Source: an uncultured Roseivirgaceae bacterium
GTDB taxonomy: Bacteria > Bacteroidota > Bacteroidia > Cytophagales > Cyclobacteriaceae
Length of the DNA: 64,000 bases
Direction: 5' to 3'
Assembly (NCBI GenBank): GCA_964459925.1
Contig: CAYWOQ010000003.1
Span: forward strand, 14,304-78,303
Part shown: positions 10,201-18,332 of the stretch, one piece after another
Layout: each line of letters begins with the position of its first letter
How positions within the stretch are numbered: the stretch's first letter is position 1
Notes under the pieces: generated by a model
The model's input: only the letters and a program-made list of their open reading frames with translations
What the model was told of the DNA's origin: nothing
Databases searched by the model: none
Translations under genes and position numbers: made by a program

Positions 10201-13200
10201 GTTAATTCCATGGCTCAGATGTTCCAGAGAGCTACGGGTTTCAACCAGCCCTTGAATAACTGGGCAGGGAATACTGCTTCTGTTACTGACATGTCAATAA
10301 TGTTTTTTGGCGCAGACGCCTTTGATCAGCCCATTGATCAATGGGATGTTTCCAGCGTTACCACGATGGCGCAAATGTTTAGAGAGGCAGACCTTTTTAA
10401 TCAGGACCTAGGTGCCTGGGTACCATCATCATTGGAAAATATCAATGCAATGTTTCAGAATGCCGCAGCCTTCAACGGTGCCCTTGACGGATGGGGAGCG
10501 AACACTGCATCGGTCACCAATATGAGTCAGACTTTCGGTGGAGCCATTGCTTTTAACCAGCCACTAAATAGCTGGAATACATCAAGTGTAACCAATATGA
10601 GTGGAATGTTCCAGGGAGCCAGTATGTTCAATCAGCCCCTAAATGGCTGGAATACCACTTCGGTGACAACCATGAGTAGTATTTTTCAGGATGCAGACAT
10701 GTTCAATGGAGCTATTGATTTATGGGATGTCTCAGCAGTGACTAATATGGACTTAATGTTCTTTAACGCCAGCTCATTCAATCAGTCACTTGGTAGTTGG
10801 AACGTCACATCAGTCACATTAATGGGTGGTATGCTTTCAAATACTGGATTATCTGTGGTGAATTACGATGCAACATTGAATGGGTGGGCATCGCAGACAG
10901 CCTCTCTTCAAAGTGGAGTGAGTCTAGATGTAAATGGACTCGTTTACTCAGCTATTGGAGCACCTGGAAGGTTAGTGCTGACAGGTACTAATCTTTGGAA
11001 CATTGCTGGTGATACTCCTTCATTCCCCACCGATGTAAGTGGTATAATTTCCACCAACACCACCTGGACTTTGTTGGGTAGTCCGTACAATGTCACAGGT
11101 TCAGTTACAGTAGACAACGGCGTAACGTTGACAATTGAGCCTGGCGTAATTGTCCAATTCAACAGTAGCAACACAGACCTTACCATCAATGGGACGTTGC
11201 TCGCAGATGGGCTGCCAGGTGATTCAATTTACTTCCAAAATAACTTTGCCTCCATTTTCTTAACTGCCTCCAGTACTGGTTCCATCGTTGATCACGCCAG
11301 ATTCGACAATATGGGCGTCTTCAACGTAGCAGCACTCAACGTTTCAAGTGATGCAACCATTACCAATGCAAAGTTTGAAGGATGTGAAGTTGGGGTTACA
11401 ATTCTTGATGCAGCCAGTCCAACTATCCAGGATAGTGAAATAGTTACTTCCACTGATTATGGGATCCGAGTAGATAATGGATCTCCAAGTATTTCGGGTG
11501 TGACCATTGATAATGCCGCACTTGGTGGCATTTGGATTCAAGCCGGAAACCCTTCCATTACCAGTAATGCTATTTCCAATGTGGGTAACGATGGGGGAAT
11601 CTGGATCAACACCGCTGATGTACCTACGATTGAGAACAATACTTTTAGCAGCAATGCGCGTGACATACAGGCAGACCCTAGAGTGCTTGACGATGAAAAT
11701 TTTGATACCAATGGACTGAGTATAATTCATATTAGTGGTAGCACAATTGCCGGAAATGTGCTGTGGCAAGCACCTCAGTCGCCAGAAAACTGGATTTATG
11801 AAGTAATTGGTAATATTTTAGTCGATGCGGGCGTATCCCTGACCATAGAACCGGGTGTTACCGTCCAATTCAACAATAGCAACACAGACCTTACCATCAA
11901 TGGGACGTTGCTCGCAGATGGGCTGCCAGGTGATTCAATTTACTTCCAAAATAACTTTGCCTCCATTTTCTTAACTGCCTCCAGTACTGGTTCCATCGTT
12001 GATCACGCCAGATTCGACAATATGGGCGTCTTCAACGTAGCAGCACTCAACGTTTCAAGTGATGCAACCATTACCAATGCAAAGTTTACTAACTGCGAAG
12101 TAGGAGTTACTGTTGATAACGGGGCAACTTCGACTCTGGATCAACTTTGGATCTCGGACGCGACTGATTTTGGAATATTAGTGGAGGGTACCGCGACCGC
12201 TCCAAGCGTTAGTAACTCAACGATCATCAATAATGGACTCGGTTTGACTGATACGGGAATTAACAATACAGGAACTGGTACCGTAGTAGCAATTGACAAC
12301 TGGTGGGGAGATGTAACCGGACCATTTAATAGCACTACCAACGCTTCAGGCCTTGGCAATGGAGTAAGTGATAATGTGACTTTCGTGCCATTCCTAAATA
12401 GTGATCCCTTCGGACCACCTGCAAATCCAACCGCGCTTTTCACCACAGAAGTTTCCTCCACTCAAATCAATCTATCTTGGGCAGACAATTCTGTTAATGA
12501 AACAGACTTTGCCATCTTCCGATCCGATGGAAATAATTCCAGCTACGTGGAGATTGGAACAGTTGAGGCAGATGCGACCAGCTATTCGGACAACACTGTC
12601 ACCGCGGATAATAACTACTTCTACTACATGGTTGCCCGAAATGGCGGAGGTGATTCAGCACCATCCAACGAACGGGCTGCTTCAACATTTGCACCACCGG
12701 GAAATGCATTGACTTTCGATGGAGTAAATGACTACATCTCCATTCCTGACCATTCAGCTTTTCAATTTGGCTCTGGTGATTTTACATTAGAAGCCTGGTT
12801 TTATTTTGATGGAACGGATACGCGAGAAACACTAATTTCTAAACGGAATCCTACTACTCCTTTTGATCAATATTTTATTTCTATTGGAGATGGTCTCATA
12901 AACTCAACCGTCGGGAAAAAAGTCTATGCAGGAGTTCTACCAGACAATAGGATAGGCTCAGGAAATGAGGAATCTGTAGACAGAATAGTAAGTGCATCAA
13001 GTGATCTAGCCGAAGGTTGGCATCACACTGCCTTAGTTCAGGGATACACAAGTGGACTAACACTTTATCTTGATGGCCAATCTGTTTCTACCGATTCAGA
13101 TAGTCATAGCGGAGGAGTTATAAATGCTATTGGCAATGACTTGACATTAGGTTCAAGCTCTGGTACTCTTGGCTTTTTCGATGGCCAAATGGATGAGGTA

Positions 13201-16200
13201 CGGATTTGGAATATGGCTCGAACAGAGGCTGAAATTCAATCCACGATCCTTACAGGTTTAACTGGCAATGAACCCGGTTTAATCGCCTACTACAAATTCG
13301 ACCAAACCGACCCTTTGATCACGGTCCTACCGGATCGTAGCATCAATACCAATGAAGGGGCACTAACAAATTTTGGTGGTGCTGCTACTTGGAGTGCTTC
13401 TGGGGCCTTATCTGACCCTTTTACAGGCGAGGTTATAAACACCAACGATTCAGGACCTGGTTCATTGAGACAGGCTATTTTGAGCGCAAATGCGTCGCCT
13501 GGATCTACCATTACGTTTAACATCGGAAGCGCTGCTCCTTGGAATATTGTCTTGTCAAGTGCCCTGCCGCAAATAACTGGAATAGGTACGATCATCGACG
13601 GATCTACCCAGTCGGGTTGGGATATGGATACCGATCAACTCATTCACCTTGATGGAAGCTCACTGGTGTCATCGGAGGTGGGCATCGATGTAAACACTGA
13701 TAACGTAGAGATTTATGGATTAAAAATCACAGGTTTTCCAAGTCATGGAATCACTACACAGGTTTTTGCCAATGCACTGATAGTTGGTGGACTTGATCGA
13801 GGTAACGTAATTAGTGGTAATGGGTTTGATGGAATGCGTGTAAACGATGTAACAGCTAGGTACAATAGAATCGGAACTACGTCTGACGGACAATCCGCAA
13901 ATGGAAATGCCAACTTTGGAATGACTATTGGAAGTGGATCTATAGTAGAACATAACCTTATCTCCGGTCATAATGGACCTGGGCGTGCAGGTATTTTTTC
14001 AAATGCTTCCGGTGGCCATACAATTGCAAATAATTTTATTGGGATAAATGCAGCAGGTAATGCAGCTATTCCCAATACAAGAGGCATTGTTATCGTAACA
14101 GGTGGATCAAGTACCATCGTGAACAATGTGATTTCTGGTAATACGGAGGCAGGAATATATTCAAATACCGGTTTTAATAATAATGATGTCATCAACAATA
14201 TCATCGGACTGGATGCAGGTGGCACAGTCGCAATCCCTAATGGGGCCGGTATCTCCTTCGTAGGCAGTAATAACCGAATAGGATACAAAGACAATCCCAA
14301 TATCATTGCTGAGAATACGGGTCCTGCCATTCAATTTGGAGGAACAGGAACAAATAATACCTGGGTGACGAACGCTATTTACGGTAATGGCTCAGGAATT
14401 GTAATCAGTGGAGGTGGTAATAATGGAATATTGCCTCCCACAATATCTTCAGCTAGTGCGACGGACGTTTCTGGTTCTGGCCTAGATGGTGATATGATTC
14501 ACCTTTATTTAGGAGATGGAAATGGTCAGGGAGAAAGCTTACTTGACAGTGTACAGGTTACCAGTGGCACATGGGATATTGGTGGGCTTTCCTTAGGAGG
14601 CACAGATCAGGTAGTCGCTACAGCTACCAATGCTAATGGTACATCTGAATTCTCCACAAGCAGGATGGTTGAAGATTTAGCTCCGCCATCCTTCATTTCC
14701 GGTTTCCCAACTATCCCAACGGTTGGTACTGATAATTTTGATATTGAAGTACAATTAGATGAAATAGGTGATTTATATATTATTGTGGCACCTGATGGAG
14801 ATCCTGCACCAACAGTAACCGAAATTGTAAATGAAGAACTTAGTGGCGGAGGAAACCCAATCGGCTCAGGCTTCATCAATGTTCTTAATCCATCTACCAC
14901 TTTTGGGTTAAACATTGCTGGATTGTCCCCAGAAACACCATATGATGTGTATGTTCTAGCACGTGATGCTGTTGGAAATCTTCAAACATCCCCACTGTTA
15001 CTTGAAATCACCACAAATCAACTATTCCCGGACGTCACCTTTACCACTATTGACGTTCCTGGTATTGATATTGATTTGGGGACATTCGATAATTTGGTTT
15101 ATCAATTTTCAGTTACTGCCACAGGAGGTGATGTCACCCAGCAATCCTTTGGCTTTGGATTAGGTGGCGATGCGATTCCTACAAACTTTGCTATCGATGG
15201 TTGGAAGTTGTACGAAAGTGTGAATGTAGATGCTGGAGTTGGAGGGGCTACACTGGTCGGGACAACTAATATCGGAGATGTGCTTGCGGATAGTGTTGGC
15301 TTTACGTTAACGAATCAAATCCTGAATGGAGATACCCACTATTTTTATTTAACAGCCGATATCAGCGACAGTGGTTCAGTAGGATCGACCTTCAATGTAG
15401 GTCTTACAGGACCAGATCCCTTAGAGAGCTTTAGTATTGCGGATCCCAAAAACAAAATTGATGGAGGCTTTGTCAATGGTAACACCTTCACCTTGAGCGG
15501 AGATGTCACCCCTCCAATCATTGCGATAGATACTCCTATCGAAGGGGACGATCTGGTAAATGCTGTCGAAGCACTCGATGTAGCGATCAGTGGAACTACT
15601 GATGCAGAAGACGATCAAATCGTTACTGTAAGCCTTGATGACTCGGTTAACCCTGCTGTACAAGTCTTAGCGACCGTAGCTAGTGGCGTATGGACCGCAG
15701 CAGTAGCAGATATTTCTGGACTGGATGATGGAGTAATTACCATCTCTGCAGATGTGGATGACTTGGCAGGTAACTCGGCTACTTCAGCAGTCGAAATGAT
15801 CACATTGGATAAAGTTGCTCCTTCTGTTACGGTAGCTGATTTACTATCCAATGAAGTTAGTCCAACACTATCCGGAACGGTGGACGATCCTGATGCAACC
15901 ATTGATGTGACAGTAGATGGCAATTCATACCCTGCCACCAATAATGCCGATGGTACCTGGACTCTGGTAGCTGGTACGATCACACCTGATCTTATTGAGG
16001 GAACCTATGAAGTAGCTGTTGAGGCAACGGATTTAGCAGGTAACATGGGAACAGATGCTTCCACCAATGAATTGGTGATTGACCTTACTGCTCCAGCGGT
16101 GACCATTGATGAACTCATCACATCCTTGGCCAGTCCGGGTATCACCGGAACTGTGAATGACACTGATGCCGTGTTGGATTTGATCGTAGATGGTTCCAAC

Positions 16201-18303
16201 TATGCTCCTATCAATAATGGTGATGGGACCTGGTCATTAGCTGCTGGTTTAATCACACCTCTCGCAGAGGGAGTCTATGATCTGGTAATCGATGCTATGG
16301 ATGTGGCCGGCAATGTTGGAACAGACAATTCTGAAAATGAACTTACCATCTCTCAAAACATTATCAGCTTTACTGCTACTGATATCACAGCTACAAGTTT
16401 TACAGCCAGTTGGACGCAAGCTGAAGATGTCTCTAATTACACCCTGGATGTGTCCAGAAGTGCTGACTTCAGTTCGTTCGTCTCCGGTTATGAAGCTCTT
16501 AGTGTACCAGCTGATCAAACATCTATTGAAGTCTCCGGGCTTGACTTCAGTACCAGCTATTTCTACCGGGTCAGGTTTACCAATACCAATGACGTAGCGT
16601 CCGGAAATAGCAACACAATTGCCTTGAAAACAATCATCGATCCTGAAACCGTAGCTGATTCTTTAGCTTTGGTAGAGATCTTTAATGCTGTCAATCCTCA
16701 AGGATTAAACTGGAATTCAGGTGCCCGATTAATCGATTGGGGTGGCGTTACTTTAGATGGGACCAGAACGAGGGTTGCTGGTATTGACATCAGTAGTACC
16801 CAATCAGCAGGTGACTTGCCTAACCCATTCTCTGCGGATGTCACAACTGATGGCGGGCTTTCTGCCCTCACTACCTTCAGCGCTAGTGACAATAACCTGA
16901 CAGGGCTTTTTGACTTTTCTGGTACTAGCATTAATGCGGTGAACGTTGCGAACAACAACCTCACCTTTGAAGATTTAGAGCCTCTTGCAGGAACTGCAAC
17001 CTTCACCTATGCGCCACAGGCAGATCGAACATTTGTTGCTGAGACAAACCCTGACTTCTTGAAAGTAATCCTTAACTCTCAAGAAACCGTACGGATTGTT
17101 CCAGCAAGTGAATCTTATTCCTTGCTTACTAACCTGAGAGGCTTTGCCAATGTCTACAACTGGACAAAAGATGGAGCCAGTATCTCCGGAGACCGATACA
17201 CCTTTGCAAGTTCTTTCCTGACCATCAATGGTATCGCCATTGACAACATGGGGCTCTTTGGATTGACGGTGACCAATACCGATTTACCTGACCTGACGTT
17301 GAACTTCCTGCCCGAGTCAGTATTCGCTACAGCAGACATTGAAATGAGGCTGACTGATTTCAGTAATGTATTATTAGATGCATCAGAGCGTTTTGATGCG
17401 GCACTGCTGGATATCAACTCTGAAGGGGCTAGTTACGATACCCTTGAAGCGATAGATGGTACTACTTCAAGCTTCTTCTTTAATGATGTGATCCTGGGTG
17501 ATTACCTCTGTGGTATAGACCCGCTCAATCGAGAAGAATTTGTGCCTACGTATTTCGGTGATGCCTTTGAATGGATTGAGGCGGATACCGCAGAAATTAG
17601 AGATGATCTGACCTTATCTATCCAGATGACCGAAGACCCTGAACCACCTCAGGGTGGTGAAGGAACACTAGACATAGTGATAGAAGAAGATTTTGGTGAT
17701 GAGGAAGCTCGAGTTGATGCACGTAGGAGAGCCAAGCGAAGAAAATGTGGCTTGAGAAGAAGAAGAACCGGAGGACGTACCGGTCAGAATGATGGTGAGT
17801 TTGAACTCTTTGCTTATGGTGAAACCAACGACAATGGGGAGTTCCAGTTTGGGTTCTTACCGGAAGGTGTTTATCGGTTCTTTGTGGAGTATCCTGGTAT
17901 TCCGTTAGACCCGAATGCTGAAGTGGAATTCGAGGTAGGAGAGCAGGGAATATCGGATACAGAATTCTCACTGGTCGCCTTTGCATCTGAAGATGGCGTT
18001 GAAGTGGAAATTGATCGGATTCTTGGGCTTATTCTGACCTACTTCAAAGATTTGGAAGTGTATCCGAATCCCTCTTCAGATGACCTGAACATCCGATACA
18101 GGCATCTTAAGTCTGCTGATGTTACGGCTGAACTCGTAGATCTAACCGGTCAAATCAAATGGAGCCAGGATCTTCAAAACGGATACAATGGCAACCTAAC
18201 CATTGACGTATCAGAATATCCTGCCGGTATCTATATCCTACGATTCTATGATCGTAATAGTAAAAATGAACATGTGGTGGGTTATCGGGTCTTGAAAAGA
18301 TAA
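7201..18303 (+). CDS. Giant (3700 aa) T9SS-secreted mosaic surface protein: 2 DUF285/BspA-like LRR blocks, 2 CSLREA-like + beta-helix modules, PKD, parallel beta-helix, FN3, LamG, bacterial Ig-like repeats, plant-type LRR, CTD
   Basis: Signal peptide; 25-aa WDVSxVTxMxxMF repeats; TNDSGPGSL(S/R)xAI twice; INWGDG; SWADNS FN3; ALTFDGVNDY LamG; terminal VYPNPSSD...GIYILRF type A CTD. Confidence 0.9.
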   Translation: MKQYLHRKTLVCVLFFAFSFQASAQFITTWAATGGSVTIPVRTPTYTYNYTVTWSNLTNPGTLEGTQSNITDAFTITPLEDGSIYQIEISGTYPSIYFNNTGDKDKILSVEQWGTNLWASMQEAFYGCTNLVINAADAPDLTGVISLRQTFRGCTSFNQSIESWDVSNVVEFFRMFQDASSFNQPLNGWNIASANDVSHMFLGASAFNQPLDNWNTTGVTQIKVMFQNATSFNQNINNWDVSLVTDMAGTFEGATSYNQPLNNWNVGDVTTFGNMFFGASSFDQSLGDWDMGNASSIGFMLFNSGLSTTNYSNTLIGWATQSGSLQNGVSMNANLNYNNAGQTARNILTGAPNDWAISNDTFVADLTVTNTNDSGPGSLSEAILDANAIPGSTISFNIPTSDDNWDGTYWTITPTNALTITGDETTIDGYTQPGSSVATEGTPAELRIIVNGSGKLGSTMGVNGNNITIRGLVIQEAPNNSPNLFVANGSNIKVEGCYVGTTPDGLDKDASTSVGVSVQNSSTNVTIGGTTPTERNILSGNSGVGLSEDLNNVKVIGNYIGVQPDGLTLMPTPTRGGVDINLNPGADVTIGGIAEGEGNIIAGNGLFSEDGLSTFDAEGTVTILGNSFYNNSGLGIDFISDDVTSNDGFEEPDGIQNFPVITSASQAGPDFNIQGTLISTPGTDFRLEFFSNLAADPSGFGEGEVFLGAANVTTNGSGDAPFDIDLTSVSVSPGAFITATATSFTAGPIYGSTSEFSQAFQTQRSFTTTWETTTTNETITIGTGAGTYDYTINWGDGTIQNLITGDPTHTYVTPGTYTVQITGTFPHIQLNNSGSAPKLQSIEQWGDIAWTSFSNAFNGCTNLTYNAADVPDLTAVTTMFNAFRNATSFNGDISGWDVSSVEGFASMFFNATSFDQPIGSWNTSSATNMESMFQGAASFNQPLNTWTVSNVTNMRDMFNDAVLFDQPLNSWDVSSVTDMTALFQDATAFNGAIDQWDVSSVNSMAQMFQRATGFNQPLNNWAGNTASVTDMSIMFFGADAFDQPIDQWDVSSVTTMAQMFREADLFNQDLGAWVPSSLENINAMFQNAAAFNGALDGWGANTASVTNMSQTFGGAIAFNQPLNSWNTSSVTNMSGMFQGASMFNQPLNGWNTTSVTTMSSIFQDADMFNGAIDLWDVSAVTNMDLMFFNASSFNQSLGSWNVTSVTLMGGMLSNTGLSVVNYDATLNGWASQTASLQSGVSLDVNGLVYSAIGAPGRLVLTGTNLWNIAGDTPSFPTDVSGIISTNTTWTLLGSPYNVTGSVTVDNGVTLTIEPGVIVQFNSSNTDLTINGTLLADGLPGDSIYFQNNFASIFLTASSTGSIVDHARFDNMGVFNVAALNVSSDATITNAKFEGCEVGVTILDAASPTIQDSEIVTSTDYGIRVDNGSPSISGVTIDNAALGGIWIQAGNPSITSNAISNVGNDGGIWINTADVPTIENNTFSSNARDIQADPRVLDDENFDTNGLSIIHISGSTIAGNVLWQAPQSPENWIYEVIGNILVDAGVSLTIEPGVTVQFNNSNTDLTINGTLLADGLPGDSIYFQNNFASIFLTASSTGSIVDHARFDNMGVFNVAALNVSSDATITNAKFTNCEVGVTVDNGATSTLDQLWISDATDFGILVEGTATAPSVSNSTIINNGLGLTDTGINNTGTGTVVAIDNWWGDVTGPFNSTTNASGLGNGVSDNVTFVPFLNSDPFGPPANPTALFTTEVSSTQINLSWADNSVNETDFAIFRSDGNNSSYVEIGTVEADATSYSDNTVTADNNYFYYMVARNGGGDSAPSNERAASTFAPPGNALTFDGVNDYISIPDHSAFQFGSGDFTLEAWFYFDGTDTRETLISKRNPTTPFDQYFISIGDGLINSTVGKKVYAGVLPDNRIGSGNEESVDRIVSASSDLAEGWHHTALVQGYTSGLTLYLDGQSVSTDSDSHSGGVINAIGNDLTLGSSSGTLGFFDGQMDEVRIWNMARTEAEIQSTILTGLTGNEPGLIAYYKFDQTDPLITVLPDRSINTNEGALTNFGGAATWSASGALSDPFTGEVINTNDSGPGSLRQAILSANASPGSTITFNIGSAAPWNIVLSSALPQITGIGTIIDGSTQSGWDMDTDQLIHLDGSSLVSSEVGIDVNTDNVEIYGLKITGFPSHGITTQVFANALIVGGLDRGNVISGNGFDGMRVNDVTARYNRIGTTSDGQSANGNANFGMTIGSGSIVEHNLISGHNGPGRAGIFSNASGGHTIANNFIGINAAGNAAIPNTRGIVIVTGGSSTIVNNVISGNTEAGIYSNTGFNNNDVINNIIGLDAGGTVAIPNGAGISFVGSNNRIGYKDNPNIIAENTGPAIQFGGTGTNNTWVTNAIYGNGSGIVISGGGNNGILPPTISSASATDVSGSGLDGDMIHLYLGDGNGQGESLLDSVQVTSGTWDIGGLSLGGTDQVVATATNANGTSEFSTSRMVEDLAPPSFISGFPTIPTVGTDNFDIEVQLDEIGDLYIIVAPDGDPAPTVTEIVNEELSGGGNPIGSGFINVLNPSTTFGLNIAGLSPETPYDVYVLARDAVGNLQTSPLLLEITTNQLFPDVTFTTIDVPGIDIDLGTFDNLVYQFSVTATGGDVTQQSFGFGLGGDAIPTNFAIDGWKLYESVNVDAGVGGATLVGTTNIGDVLADSVGFTLTNQILNGDTHYFYLTADISDSGSVGSTFNVGLTGPDPLESFSIADPKNKIDGGFVNGNTFTLSGDVTPPIIAIDTPIEGDDLVNAVEALDVAISGTTDAEDDQIVTVSLDDSVNPAVQVLATVASGVWTAAVADISGLDDGVITISADVDDLAGNSATSAVEMITLDKVAPSVTVADLLSNEVSPTLSGTVDDPDATIDVTVDGNSYPATNNADGTWTLVAGTITPDLIEGTYEVAVEATDLAGNMGTDASTNELVIDLTAPAVTIDELITSLASPGITGTVNDTDAVLDLIVDGSNYAPINNGDGTWSLAAGLITPLAEGVYDLVIDAMDVAGNVGTDNSENELTISQNIISFTATDITATSFTASWTQAEDVSNYTLDVSRSADFSSFVSGYEALSVPADQTSIEVSGLDFSTSYFYRVRFTNTNDVASGNSNTIALKTIIDPETVADSLALVEIFNAVNPQGLNWNSGARLIDWGGVTLDGTRTRVAGIDISSTQSAGDLPNPFSADVTTDGGLSALTTFSASDNNLTGLFDFSGTSINAVNVANNNLTFEDLEPLAGTATFTYAPQADRTFVAETNPDFLKVILNSQETVRIVPASESYSLLTNLRGFANVYNWTKDGASISGDRYTFASSFLTINGIAIDNMGLFGLTVTNTDLPDLTLNFLPESVFATADIEMRLTDFSNVLLDASERFDAALLDINSEGASYDTLEAIDGTTSSFFFNDVILGDYLCGIDPLNREEFVPTYFGDAFEWIEADTAEIRDDLTLSIQMTEDPEPPQGGEGTLDIVIEEDFGDEEARVDARRRAKRRKCGLRRRRTGGRTGQNDGEFELFAYGETNDNGEFQFGFLPEGVYRFFVEYPGIPLDPNAEVEFEVGEQGISDTEFSLVAFASEDGVEVEIDRILGLILTYFKDLEVYPNPSSDDLNIRYRHLKSADVTAELVDLTGQIKWSQDLQNGYNGNLTIDVSEYPAGIYILRFYDRNSKNEHVVGYRVLKR
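11166..11376 (+). repeat. 211-bp direct repeat copy 1 within giant gene
   Basis: Identical by eye to 11877-12087 (offset 711 nt = 237 codons). Confidence 0.9.
11877..12087 (+). repeat. 211-bp direct repeat copy 2 within giant gene
   Basis: Identical by eye to 11166-11376. Confidence 0.9.
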
Positions 18304-18332
18304 AAATTACACTCAAGAATGGAGAGTGTTAC

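Noticed and set aside
9880-10830. 75-nt periodic sequence that could be taken for a CRISPR array or tandem repeat
   Set aside because: It is the in-frame 25-aa DUF285 repeat; units are degenerate at the DNA level, with no invariant repeat-spacer structure and no cas genes.
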